Part shown: piece after piece, positions 1 to 9,435 of the stretch
Layout: every line of letters starts with the position of its first letter
How positions within the stretch are numbered: the first letter of the stretch is position 1
Sequence record: NC_042098.1
DNA length: 64,000 nucleotides
Strand: one strand, 5' to 3'
Program-made: the position numbers and the translations under genes
The notes under the pieces: generated by a model
Database searches by the model: none
Told to the model about the DNA's origin: nothing
What the model saw: only the letters and a program-made list of their open reading frames with translations

Positions 1-45
1 CGTCGTGCTGTACAGTACCGTTACAAGCGCACGGCAGTCATCAAC

Positions 46-249
46 ATGAACACCATCATCGATGAGTCGATCGAGCACATGGTAGAGAAGTTCGGGGATG
101 GCGGTTATGCCTGGGAGAGCTACCCGACATATGCGGCAGTGATGCACGGTGATGCGATCCAACAAGTGAAGCAACAACTGCGCAGTAAAGAAGGAAAGGC
201 GCAACTCAAAGAGTACGCTGAACTCCACTTTGATGAGTGGGTAGAGTAA
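46..249 (+). CDS. hypothetical protein (may be the 3' part of a gene starting before the window)
   Basis: ORF ending just before a hairpin terminator; the frame is open upstream to the window edge. Confidence 0.55.
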   Translation: MNTIIDESIEHMVEKFGDGGYAWESYPTYAAVMHGDAIQQVKQQLRSKEGKAQLKEYAELHFDEWVE

Positions 250-257
250 GCTACGTG

Positions 258-286
258 GCCGGAGGATTACCTCCGGCTGTTATGCC
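258..286 (+). terminator. hairpin terminator followed by TTATGCC
   Basis: gccggagg-atta-cctccggc stem, then tgttatgcc and a T-rich tract. Confidence 0.75.
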
Positions 287-409
287 TGTTCTTTCTTCTT
301 TGTAATTCTCAACACATTCGGTCTTTGTTATACAAAGGCTATAATCTTTGTCCCGAGCTAAGGGTAACGTGAACAGTTATGCTGGCTTACTTTTTAAAGG
401 TATCTTTTC

Positions 410-940
410 ATGGATGGTTTATTTAATCTCTCCTCATGGCAATCGCTTTTACTTGTGGTAGTCGTACTCCTACTGTGGGCGTATTACCAACGACTTCAAC
501 ACCTGCGTCGTAAGTATCATCGCCGTAATGAACGCATGATGGCGCAGAGCGTGGTCATGACATCCCGGCTGTTACTGAGTACCTTCTCGGAGATTGTGGA
601 ACGCGCTAAAGAGGAGGACATCTACCAGCGTGATCCTAACTCCCCGATTGCGGCAGACCGGGCCAGTGCGATGGCCTGCTCCTCCATCTTCAGTGGGTTG
701 TATAACCTGGTTGTGGTGCCCGTCACCACCCTTGATCCGGTGTTCAACGATTTATTGATTACCGGTACTGAGCGGGAAGATGTTGAGGAAGGGGTCTTTG
801 TGTCGTTTTATTTGGGTGAACAGCGTAATGATGTGGTTAGGCATTTTATACCCGACCGGTCGTTACAGGCCTTTATCACCCAAACGCGTGCCTTCAGTGC
901 TTACCTGCGACAGGCTGCGAATACAAAACCACCACAATGA
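410..940 (+). CDS. N-terminally membrane-anchored hypothetical protein
   Basis: hydrophobic segment LLLVVVVLLLWAYY followed by basic RRKYHRR; aagg RBS. Confidence 0.7.
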   Translation: MDGLFNLSSWQSLLLVVVVLLLWAYYQRLQHLRRKYHRRNERMMAQSVVMTSRLLLSTFSEIVERAKEEDIYQRDPNSPIAADRASAMACSSIFSGLYNLVVVPVTTLDPVFNDLLITGTEREDVEEGVFVSFYLGEQRNDVVRHFIPDRSLQAFITQTRAFSAYLRQAANTKPPQ

Positions 941-948
941 GGTGACAC

Positions 949-1479
949 ATGACCAATTATGGTTTTCTGCTGAACACAGTACTTCTGGCTTTTCTTATTT
1001 GGTTTGGTTACCGACTGCACACGTTGGTAAACAACAGCGAGAAAGCCACCCTCGCCGCTGATCATAACGCCAAGCTGCGCTTCCTGACCTATGCAGCCCG
1101 GCAGATAATGAGTGACTTGTATACGTCGCTCAATCTTCCGACGCTCACCGGGTGTGCGAAGATGTATCTACGTGATGACGGCAAGCTTGATAATATTGAA
1201 GTCATTATGCGACTCTTCATGAAAACCCATAATGAGATTATTACCAAGCTCTCCGAGGGATTGGTGTCGGATCATTTGAAGATCACCGATGTTAAAGTTA
1301 CCCATGATCTGGTGACCAACGAAGTGCTCATCACACTCTTGTATCCGAATAAAGTCACTGACATCCTGGTTTTCCATCATAACCACCTGGCGCAGGCGAT
1401 CTACCAGCTGGATCGATTGCAGCATCGGCTCTCAACGTTCCACAAAGCGGTGCCGAACCGCGACCTGTACCAACTCTAA
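949..1479 (+). CDS. N-terminally membrane-anchored hypothetical protein
   Basis: gaggtg RBS; N-terminal TM segment; same length and architecture as 410..940. Confidence 0.7.
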   Translation: MTNYGFLLNTVLLAFLIWFGYRLHTLVNNSEKATLAADHNAKLRFLTYAARQIMSDLYTSLNLPTLTGCAKMYLRDDGKLDNIEVIMRLFMKTHNEIITKLSEGLVSDHLKITDVKVTHDLVTNEVLITLLYPNKVTDILVFHHNHLAQAIYQLDRLQHRLSTFHKAVPNRDLYQL

Positions 1480-1483
1480 ACCA

Positions 1484-1511
1484 AGGGAGGGCTTCGGCTC
1501 TCCCTTATGCC
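1484..1511 (+). terminator. hairpin terminator + TTATGCC
   Basis: aagggagggc-ttcg-gctctccctt followed by atgcc. Confidence 0.8.
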
Positions 1512-1599
1512 ACCCGTTCTTCTTTTTTGGTTATTACTATGAATTGCAAGATTCACCACGTTGTTCGTTTCACTTATTAACCCTTAAAGAGGAATAGTC

Positions 1600-3522
1600 A
1601 TGACAGATAGCACTACAGCGCAGAGCCCGACCGTGACGTTAGACCAAGTCATTGCGTCAGGCGGCCAGATTGTCTTCCTGGACAATGGGCAACTGAAAAG
1701 CTTTCCTGTCTCTCAGATCACTGACTTACTGAAAAGCGGCATGTCTACTGACGTGTTGGGTCAGGCTGATTCTCTGAGTATGTTTGGTCAGGTGGAGTCG
1801 TTCGAGGCTCTACGTAAGCTTAAGCCACAGAAAGAAGGTGCACGCATCTCTCTTCGTGGTTGGAACAAAGGCAGTTGTCTGGGTGGTGGTGAGTTCATTG
1901 GTCATCTCGTCACCAAAGAGCTTAAAGCCCGTCCAGATGATGGCGGTATGATTGCAGCCGGTAGCGGGTTCTTCTGGGAACGTGTGTGCTCAGATTGCGG
2001 GCAAATGAATGTCACTCACTTCGGTGCGCTTCCTGGCGCAACTGCAGCGACTGATTGCGTGCCAGCAATGACCGCCATGCTGAACTGGAGTAATGCCAAC
2101 GCTGTTGGTTTAGGAATTCAATTCCCAGCCGGTACTTTCTTCGCTTCCAGTTTAAAGTTCACCAAAGAGATCGGGTATTTCCGTATCGCCGGTAACCACA
2201 TCAACTTTGGTTATTTTGCTAACACGGTATTGGTGAGTGACGCTACTGAAAACTTTATGTTGGATGTTGCGGCCCGTCGGGTTGAGTTGGCAAACATCAT
2301 CTTCCGCGGTGTGAGTACTACTGAGAAGCCGAATAAGAAAGGGATCTTTAATAACATCGTCATTGGTGGTCAGTACTTCAACATGACCTGTGTGCGGTTT
2401 GAGAAAATCGGCGGGACCTGTGTTAATCTGATCGATACTCTCGATACCAAGATGACACAATGGTACGCGTCACAATGTACTGGTGATGTGATCGTTAACA
2501 AATGGTCCGATCGTCAGGCAGGTGGCTGGAACCATACCACTGCTGTTGAAATGACCAACTTTAACATCCAGAAGTGTGTTGGTGGTAAAGTGTTTGACAT
2601 GCAGCGCTGCGCTCAGTCGTTTATCACTAATGGCTGGATCGAGCACTGTGATGATCCAGGCGACCTGTCTAATGGTCAATGGACGGTAAATGGCCTGAGT
2701 ATCGAAGATTGTAAGAAACCATTAAAGGCCTCTTACGCTCGCTTTATTGAGATCCAGCGTAACCTGCAGTCCGGGTCACGGATCGACTACTCCATTGACC
2801 CAGAGCTCGAAGAGTGGCTGAGTGAATGGGAACGCGGTCGTCTGGATATCGCCAACCACGGCATCTTCATCGACGGTACCTTAGAGCCGGGTACGATCAT
2901 GTCTCGCAACAAGCTGAGCAACAGCAGCGACAAAGCGAAATGGTTCCGGGTCGGTACCTGGTACAGCCCATCTGAAGGCGATTCCATTGACATCAACTTG
3001 GTCGGCACCGGTAACTTCCTGTCGGTCGCACCAAAGCTTGATGATATCGATGGTGTGCGTCAAGGTGGCGGTAACACCCTGATCCGTGTGCAGTTGAAGA
3101 AAGACTCCGTAGGTGCGACCTTAGAACCACATGGTTCAAGCCCCCTGCAAGCGGCGAAGATTGCCAAAGTCGGTGCCGGTAAGTTTGTGATCTACGCCCA
3201 GCTGAAACCGTATACCCGTAATGTGATCCCGGTGATTGTTGCAACCGGCGCCACGCACTACGAAGCCGGTGTCTCTTATTACTTCCGTCCGGCGATTGCC
3301 TCGATGAGTGATGAAGAGATCGCAGCAGTGCCGGATGCGGTGGTGATTGCTGAACAGTGGTCGCTCGGTCAAATGGCCGGTGTGGGCGCCACTAACGAAG
3401 GTAACCTGATGCTGAAGAGTAAGATCGTTAACGATCACTTGCAGGTACAGGTCATGGTTAGCCAAGCACAATGGGCGAAACCAGAACTTCGTTATATCGA
3501 GCTGAAGAAAGAAGCCAAGTAA
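1600..3522 (+). CDS. AmsF-like / tailspike-like beta-helix protein (putative exopolysaccharide-interacting protein)
   Basis: N-terminal FEALRKLKP..GGGEF..DDGG..FWER motif typical of tailspike/AmsF N-termini; long beta-rich body; gagga RBS. Confidence 0.6.
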   Translation: MTDSTTAQSPTVTLDQVIASGGQIVFLDNGQLKSFPVSQITDLLKSGMSTDVLGQADSLSMFGQVESFEALRKLKPQKEGARISLRGWNKGSCLGGGEFIGHLVTKELKARPDDGGMIAAGSGFFWERVCSDCGQMNVTHFGALPGATAATDCVPAMTAMLNWSNANAVGLGIQFPAGTFFASSLKFTKEIGYFRIAGNHINFGYFANTVLVSDATENFMLDVAARRVELANIIFRGVSTTEKPNKKGIFNNIVIGGQYFNMTCVRFEKIGGTCVNLIDTLDTKMTQWYASQCTGDVIVNKWSDRQAGGWNHTTAVEMTNFNIQKCVGGKVFDMQRCAQSFITNGWIEHCDDPGDLSNGQWTVNGLSIEDCKKPLKASYARFIEIQRNLQSGSRIDYSIDPELEEWLSEWERGRLDIANHGIFIDGTLEPGTIMSRNKLSNSSDKAKWFRVGTWYSPSEGDSIDINLVGTGNFLSVAPKLDDIDGVRQGGGNTLIRVQLKKDSVGATLEPHGSSPLQAAKIAKVGAGKFVIYAQLKPYTRNVIPVIVATGATHYEAGVSYYFRPAIASMSDEEIAAVPDAVVIAEQWSLGQMAGVGATNEGNLMLKSKIVNDHLQVQVMVSQAQWAKPELRYIELKKEAK

Positions 3523-3546
3523 GGCAAGCGCGTTATACCGCTAACT

Positions 3547-3577
3547 GGAGGAGGGGAATCCCCTCCTCTTTATGCCG
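3547..3577 (+). terminator. hairpin terminator + TTATGCCG
   Basis: gaggagggga-at-cccctcctc then tttatgccg. Confidence 0.75.
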
Positions 3578-3594
3578 CCCTAGATTTTACCAGA

Positions 3595-3613
3595 CCTATA
3601 TTACCCTTGTGAT
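3595..3613 (+). promoter_or_regulatory. putative phage early promoter CCTATATTAC-N4-GTGAT
   Basis: one of nine intergenic copies; the core matches the phiKZ early consensus TATATTAC. Confidence 0.7.
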
Positions 3614-3695
3614 CTCTGTAGAAATAAACGGAATCACCCAGTCTTATAACCCGCTGACCAAACCGAGTGTCGGCTAAACAAAAAGAGGAAATACC

Positions 3696-4397
3696 ATGAC
3701 TACCCGTAAGATTGCTCGCTTAGACAAACTCGCTAAATTTGTAAACGACAATTTTGATCGTGATTACAACCTGCCATTTGCGATCGAGATCGAACAGCAT
3801 GAAGATAAGTGGCACGGTGTTCGATACAGCCTCAACCTGACTCAGCCAGAGTGTGACGGTAGTCCTGTAAAAACGTTATTCCGTTCGAAGATGTTACCGG
3901 CTGAATTCGTTGGTGATCGGTTTACACGGCTAGAAGGCAGTGTGGTCGGAATGGCATCTGGGATTGAACTCCTGGGACAAGTTGCCTGGTACTGGATGTT
4001 ATCAGGGGTAAACGGCAGTGATCGCGAATTGGGTGTGCAGGTAGCGTCGATGGCCTGGGATGCCTGGACACTGGCAACCGCCATATTTGATGGCTCTAAA
4101 GCCCGTGATCTCTTCGAGCGTGACGATTTCCTTTGCCCTGGCGTAACACTGAATCAGCACGTCCTGTGCGAAAAGTTTGTCAGCATTGACCGCGAAGTAT
4201 GGCTAAAGCGTCGCACTAAACTGCTCGATAATGCGGTGGTTATTGAAAGTCGTTGGACCTTCGTAAAACAATATATCGGGGCAGGTGGTCTGGGTCATGA
4301 AGAGAAACACACTGTCGCCGAGGTCACCAAACGCAGGCAAGTACCCGCGCCTTTTGAAATTATCTTTAAGGCCAAATCGTCTCCTTTTAATCCATGA
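3696..4397 (+). CDS. hypothetical protein
   Basis: gagga RBS; directly downstream of the promoter motif. Confidence 0.7.
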   Translation: MTTRKIARLDKLAKFVNDNFDRDYNLPFAIEIEQHEDKWHGVRYSLNLTQPECDGSPVKTLFRSKMLPAEFVGDRFTRLEGSVVGMASGIELLGQVAWYWMLSGVNGSDRELGVQVASMAWDAWTLATAIFDGSKARDLFERDDFLCPGVTLNQHVLCEKFVSIDREVWLKRRTKLLDNAVVIESRWTFVKQYIGAGGLGHEEKHTVAEVTKRRQVPAPFEIIFKAKSSPFNP

Positions 4398-4459
4398 GAA
4401 TGAGGAGGGGGTTTCGACCTCCTCCATTATTGCTATTTTAAGTTGCAGAAAATCTAACG

Positions 4460-4478
4460 CCTACATTACTAATGGGAT
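4460..4478 (+). promoter_or_regulatory. putative phage early promoter CCTACATTAC-N4-GGGAT
   Basis: repeated intergenic motif. Confidence 0.7.
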
Positions 4479-4514
4479 AGGCCTGATCAACAATTCTAAT
4501 TAAGGGAATTTGTA

Positions 4515-4985
4515 ATGAGTGAAATCACGTTTAAAGACGCGCGGTATTACGACCTGATTACCAAAGAACAATTGCAACCCGGACACACCATCCTGCTGAG
4601 CCTCAAAGGTCAACCAGCGGGTGTCATGACCCCAGCAGTACAGTGGGCTAAAGACAACCTGGAAAACACGGTCGTGGTGTACGGCACGGTTGACGATCTG
4701 CAATCAATCCGTAAAGAGATCAGTACTTGCGATCAACCGGTAGCTGTGGTCCTTACCGGCGGCTACCACGCAACGTATGAACTTACTCACTGGGCACGGG
4801 AAAACAACGTAGTGGTGTTCCTGGCTTCAGATACCAATGCACCGCGTCCACGTTATGCGATACTGCTCGGTACCTGTCTGATCCAGCTGACTTATGATCA
4901 TACTGGTCGAGTGAGTTCTGCTACCGCCATTCGTAATCAAGCAACCGCATCAGGCTGGGTGATTGACTTCACCACTGACGCATAA
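4515..4985 (+). CDS. hypothetical protein
   Basis: ORF with RBS after the promoter motif. Confidence 0.65.
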   Translation: MSEITFKDARYYDLITKEQLQPGHTILLSLKGQPAGVMTPAVQWAKDNLENTVVVYGTVDDLQSIRKEISTCDQPVAVVLTGGYHATYELTHWARENNVVVFLASDTNAPRPRYAILLGTCLIQLTYDHTGRVSSATAIRNQATASGWVIDFTTDA

Positions 4986-5024
4986 CTCCTTATTCATCCA
5001 ATTAATTTAACCTGAGGTAATATC

Positions 5025-5630
5025 ATGCAACTTCATCAATACGTCGCCCTCTTACTCGGTGTGGGTTTAATCACGATCATTCTCGTTATGCTGGTCGGTT
5101 GGCTCGTGCTTGAAAACCAACGCAAATACGCCGCATTCCAACGGGTGCGTTACGAAAACATGCTGCGCTATCGCCTGACCGATTTCAGCAACCAGGTGAC
5201 GGCAGATCTCTCCGCCATGTTCCTGCGCTATTTACTCTCCCCGCGGGTTGGTAGTACCGAGCGGGTGAGTGTGGAGGCAATTGCCGGTACCATCCAAGGC
5301 ATGCTGCAAGCGATCGCTGCTCACCACAACCACGAGTTTAAAAGCTCAGAGGTTGGTGATACATTACTGGGTCTGTTGATTAAAGAGGTCTCTTATGAAA
5401 CACAGAGTGACCGGATCATCTTTACCCTGACACGTCCAGGTGCCACGAACCTCACTTATACCCTGACACATCCCGAAGCGTACGGTTCGATGCTCTGCTG
5501 TGAGCTGGAAGACTATCGCATGCGTCTGCGTGACCGCGCAACCCTGCAGATCAAGCGTGAGTTCGATCAGGTACCGCAAACGTATAAAGCCGCCTTCCCT
5601 AACTCGGAGCGGATTAACACAACCGCGTAA
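5025..5630 (+). CDS. N-terminally membrane-anchored hypothetical protein
   Basis: long hydrophobic N-terminus; gaggt RBS; followed by a hairpin terminator. Confidence 0.7.
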   Translation: MQLHQYVALLLGVGLITIILVMLVGWLVLENQRKYAAFQRVRYENMLRYRLTDFSNQVTADLSAMFLRYLLSPRVGSTERVSVEAIAGTIQGMLQAIAAHHNHEFKSSEVGDTLLGLLIKEVSYETQSDRIIFTLTRPGATNLTYTLTHPEAYGSMLCCELEDYRMRLRDRATLQIKREFDQVPQTYKAAFPNSERINTTA

Positions 5631-5729
5631 TAAATGGGAGGCCTTGCCTCCCTTTATTTTTTGTCATTGTAGTAAATGTGTACAACTTAACTAAATCATT
5701 TAGTAAACGTAAAAAGGAAAGTCAGCATC

Positions 5730-6026
5730 ATGTCAAACGAAGCCATTCTGAAAGCCCTGGAAACCATTGCCACTACGTACCCAAAAGTTGAGGTGGTGTC
5801 GATTGGTGGGATTATCGCCTGCTTCGGCACGATGAAAGATGGAAAGGTAGAAACCACGGTGTTTGGCAATCTGCCCGAGTTCACTGTCGCCAATGTGAAG
5901 AAGCTTTACAACGCGAAGTGGTCACAACGTCAATTGGGTTATATGTACGGTACATCACAGGCCCAGATCGCTAACTTCATGAAGAACCGTGAGGTTAACG
6001 TTCCCAATACGGTAAAAGGTTATTAG
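5730..6026 (+). CDS. small protein with C-terminal helix-turn-helix-like motif
   Basis: WSQRQLGYMYGTSQAQIANFM resembles an HTH. Confidence 0.55.
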   Translation: MSNEAILKALETIATTYPKVEVVSIGGIIACFGTMKDGKVETTVFGNLPEFTVANVKKLYNAKWSQRQLGYMYGTSQAQIANFMKNREVNVPNTVKGY

Positions 6027-6027
6027 C

Positions 6028-6318
6028 ATGAAATGGTACGAACGACTGGTCGAGAGTACGGTGCTGCGGTTTATGGCAACCTTCCTCTTAGCCTGCTTGT
6101 GGTCCCTGCTCCTCTTAAGCCAATGCTCGTTAGCGCTCGATCTTACCTTAAGTGTGATCTCTCTGGTGATCGTGTATAACCTGCGGGATTTCTTAAAGGA
6201 CCTGCACCACGGTGTTTCAACCCGTCATGACTTCGCAGGCTGGTTTGTGCTGAACGCTGCTGGTATGGCATTGCTCTCGGCAATCATTAACGCCCTGTTC
6301 ATCTTACATAGACTCTAG
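6028..6318 (+). CDS. small multi-pass membrane protein
   Basis: three hydrophobic segments; abuts the previous gene. Confidence 0.6.
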   Translation: MKWYERLVESTVLRFMATFLLACLWSLLLLSQCSLALDLTLSVISLVIVYNLRDFLKDLHHGVSTRHDFAGWFVLNAAGMALLSAIINALFILHRL

Positions 6319-6326
6319 GAGCTCTC

Positions 6327-6908
6327 ATGTCAAAGAAACTCGATACCCGTAAAAGTATGTTCCTGGCCTTGGTGTTACGCCACCGTCCTGAGGAGATCGG
6401 AATTACCCTGGATGAGAACGGCTGGGCTAAAGTCAGCGAAGTGATCACCGGGTTTACCTTTACCGGTCGTGGGCTCTCGTTACCTGAACTTGAGATCATC
6501 GTTGAGACGGATGAGAAGAAACGCTACCAGCTCTCTGACGACAAGTGCTATATCCGCGCTGTGCAGGGGCATTCTCACGAAAGCGTGATGAACATGCAGC
6601 TGGAAGTGGCGACACCGCCAAAGTACTTGTATCACGGCACCCAACAGATCTCCTGTGAATCGATCGAGCGACAAGGGATCTTGCGCCTTAAACGTTTATA
6701 TGTCCACCTAACGGATGACATCGAAGCGGCTTGGCGCGCAGCAACTCGTAAACGAACAGCCGGTGCAGTCTACCGAATCGACACCGAGAAGATGACGCGG
6801 ATGGGCCATGTGTTCTATCGCGCTGAGAACGGGGTCTGGCTGGCGAAGCGCATTCCTTTCTCAGTCATTGAGATGGTTGATGCACATGACGAAGAAACAA
6901 GTACCTGA
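6327..6908 (+). CDS. kptA: RNA 2'-phosphotransferase (KptA/Tpt1 family)
   Basis: LRH, LDENGW, KKRY, IRAVQGHS, LYHGT and VHL motifs. Confidence 0.92.
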   Translation: MSKKLDTRKSMFLALVLRHRPEEIGITLDENGWAKVSEVITGFTFTGRGLSLPELEIIVETDEKKRYQLSDDKCYIRAVQGHSHESVMNMQLEVATPPKYLYHGTQQISCESIERQGILRLKRLYVHLTDDIEAAWRAATRKRTAGAVYRIDTEKMTRMGHVFYRAENGVWLAKRIPFSVIEMVDAHDEETST

Positions 6909-7170
6909 GTGGTGGCACGTCCCCATGTTACCCATTGGGTTCATGATGATTTGGGTAGGATATGTAATAGGTGGGCAGTTCCTCAGTTTCTGGGGGTGTA
7001 TCTGTGTCACGTTGATTTGTGGTGGGGTTTCGTACCAGCACTGCATGCGCTCAACCAAGTATCGCAAAAATTCCGTAAGCTGGTTTATCTGTTGGAATGC
7101 TTACGGTATCATCGCGTGTTTGGGTATTGGGTTTATGGTAGCGGCAATTTATCTAGGCGGAGTCAAATAA
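6886..7170 (+). CDS. small membrane protein (start moved to the ATG at 6886)
   Basis: hydrophobic segments; overlaps the end of kptA. Confidence 0.55.
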   Translation: MTKKQVPEWWHVPMLPIGFMMIWVGYVIGGQFLSFWGCICVTLICGGVSYQHCMRSTKYRKNSVSWFICWNAYGIIACLGIGFMVAAIYLGGVK

Positions 7171-7443
7171 GTGAAAAGTAAAACAGGCAGTAAGTTAACA
7201 CGCACGTTGTTGTTTTGTTTTGGTGCTTACATCACGGGGATGTTTGCCTTGATGATGATCCTGTCATCACAAAGCACTGCAGACATCACTGCAGGGAACT
7301 ATGACAAAATGAGCGTGGATGACTCGCCTGAGTTTATTTTAACAGATCGCAGTAATGGATGTAGATACGTCTATGACTCGGTTACCAAAACAGCCCACAC
7401 TGCAACAGGCTTCGATTACTGTCTGTCGCTAAGGAAAGAATAA
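7171..7443 (+). CDS. membrane-anchored/exported small protein
   Basis: N-terminal hydrophobic segment; two Cys in the soluble part. Confidence 0.55.
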   Translation: MKSKTGSKLTRTLLFCFGAYITGMFALMMILSSQSTADITAGNYDKMSVDDSPEFILTDRSNGCRYVYDSVTKTAHTATGFDYCLSLRKE

Positions 7444-7515
7444 TGGTTCGTGCGTATCGACACTCTGAGCTGCTACGATGGCCGCATCCCGCGGCCTGCA
7501 CTCGGAGTTCGTTCT

Positions 7516-7743
7516 ATGTCTATTGCAGTCAACCGTCATCACGCTAAACGTTTAAAGGCCAAACGTAAACATTACTGGAACGTCGGCGGGAAACGCCAGA
7601 ACAACAAGGCGGTGGGAATTATCTTCCATACCCCGTGCAAATGCAGCTGCACTATGTGCGGTAACCAACGCAAGCATTGGGGTCGTCCGATCCAGGAAGT
7701 GAAACAAGCGGCCCGTTTTAGTGATACGGTCACTGACATTTAA
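7516..7743 (+). CDS. small basic Cys-rich phage protein
   Basis: ggag RBS before the ATG at 7516; CKCSCTMC motif. Confidence 0.6.
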   Translation: MSIAVNRHHAKRLKAKRKHYWNVGGKRQNNKAVGIIFHTPCKCSCTMCGNQRKHWGRPIQEVKQAARFSDTVTDI

Positions 7744-7791
7744 CCATGCAAGGGGAGTTGTTGGCTCCCCTTCTTTATTTGAGGAATCCGC

Positions 7792-8157
7792 ATGAAACGC
7801 GGCTACCCATCAGGCCAGCCGATTGAAGTCGAAGTCGGTGGAGTCATGTACCAATTTAACCCCCTTGAAAACATGCTGGCTGATCTGCGTGCCAATAAGT
7901 TGATCATCGTGTGTTGCAGTAATAAGAAGCGCGCCATTACCGATATCTGGATGTGTGATAGCGAGATCGACTACTCGACGCAGGCACGCATGGAGCACAT
8001 CCTGGTCAGTGATCGTTGCAAACAGTTCACCAAAGACTACGCCTTAACGCGAGTGGTGGATGTTGATAGCCGGTCATTGACGATTGCCGGGCCAGATAAA
8101 AAGATGCTGTCGATGGTGATCATGGGGGATACCCTCTACGCCGTTAAGCCAAGTTAA
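7792..8157 (+). CDS. hypothetical protein
   Basis: gagga RBS. Confidence 0.6.
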   Translation: MKRGYPSGQPIEVEVGGVMYQFNPLENMLADLRANKLIIVCCSNKKRAITDIWMCDSEIDYSTQARMEHILVSDRCKQFTKDYALTRVVDVDSRSLTIAGPDKKMLSMVIMGDTLYAVKPS

Positions 8158-8180
8158 CAGAACAGCAGTTGGGAGCCTCT

Positions 8181-8282
8181 ATGAACAATGTTTGGCTTTT
8201 AGTAATGGCCCTTATTTATACAGCAGGGCTTATTGCCGCATGCGTGGTCGCACGCATGGCAGTCTTTCATCATGTGATCTAA
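8181..8282 (+). CDS. 33-aa hydrophobic peptide (not in the ORF track)
   Basis: ggag RBS; MNNVWLLVMALIYTAGLIAACVVARMAVFHHVI fills the intergenic gap. Confidence 0.5.
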   Translation: MNNVWLLVMALIYTAGLIAACVVARMAVFHHVI

Positions 8283-8291
8283 AGGGCAATT

Positions 8292-8570
8292 ATGAGTAAA
8301 GGTACTTTAAAAGGCCTTGGTGTGGTCCTGGCGTGTCTTGTGATCGGCATGTTGCTGTTTGTTTTTGCAACCGCTGTTCAAGCTGCCGATACACCCGTTA
8401 ATCCCCACTGCGTTGCCATCACTAACGACAGTACAATTACCACCCAGTGTGATGACGGTACCGTGGTCATTACCAACACCGCAACCTCGACGGTGATGGT
8501 GTGTCATGTAAGTAAAGAAACAAAAGGTCTTCCGCAATGCGTGAAAGACCGGGTTGTCATTTCTAATTAA
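8292..8570 (+). CDS. putative exported small protein
   Basis: signal-peptide-like N-terminus ending AVQA; four Cys in the mature part. Confidence 0.6.
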   Translation: MSKGTLKGLGVVLACLVIGMLLFVFATAVQAADTPVNPHCVAITNDSTITTQCDDGTVVITNTATSTVMVCHVSKETKGLPQCVKDRVVISN

Positions 8571-8585
8571 ATAAAGGAGCCAGAC

Positions 8586-9422
8586 ATGCACTTACTTGAT
8601 AGTCCTGACGTTTGGATGCCCATACCTGGATTCTCACGTTACGAGATCAATGAGGTAGGTGTAGTCAGGAATTGGAATAAACAAATCATTAGCCAATCTA
8701 AATGGGGTGATTACTTAAAGGTTGTTATTGCGGCCGATGACGGCGAACAGCGGATGATCATGGTCCATGTTGCGCTATGCCTCGCCTTCCATGGCAAGCG
8801 TCCCGATCTAGGTCCTAATGTTCTAGTAGTAACAGTAAACCATAAAGACGGTAATAAAGAAAACAATACCAAATCTAATGTCGAGTGGGTGTCTAACTCA
8901 GACAACGTGTTACATGCCTATAAGACTCGTCTTAACAAGACATCTCAGCATGTGTTGATCGATGATGAGTTAACCGGCGAGCGATTCTCGGTACATTCTT
9001 ACGAAGAGCTTATGCGCTGGGTCGGTAGTCCTCATTTGAAAGGCCGAATCTTTTGTAGCATATACCGAGACAAACTTTATCAAGATAGATATCGAATCAC
9101 CGAATTACCTGGTTATGAACCAGGGTCAGGTGCGGCGGCAGCTATTCAGATTAAAGTGTTCGATATTGCGGCAAAGCATAATTTACGGAAGAGCGCATAT
9201 GACGGCTATGTATTTGGCAGCGTCGATGAAGCTTCCGGAATGTTAAGTTTGAGTGTGTCGCGTATAAAAACGATATTAAGGCTGGGTAACCTGATTTTAT
9301 TCAACGGTTACCTTTTCATGAAAGCTAACGATATGCGAACTATACCTGGTTTCACTAAAGAACAAGTGGAAAAGTCACTTCGCATATTTAAAGCAAAACA
9401 ACGACGTAAGAACATTTACTAA
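8586..9422 (+). mobile_element. free-standing NUMOD4-HNH homing endonuclease
   Basis: WMPIPGFSRYEIN (NUMOD4-like) and VH..VNHKDGNKENN..NVEWVS..N (HNH); AT-richer than its neighbours; directly upstream of nrdB. Confidence 0.88.
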
Positions 9423-9435
9423 AGGTAAACACAGC

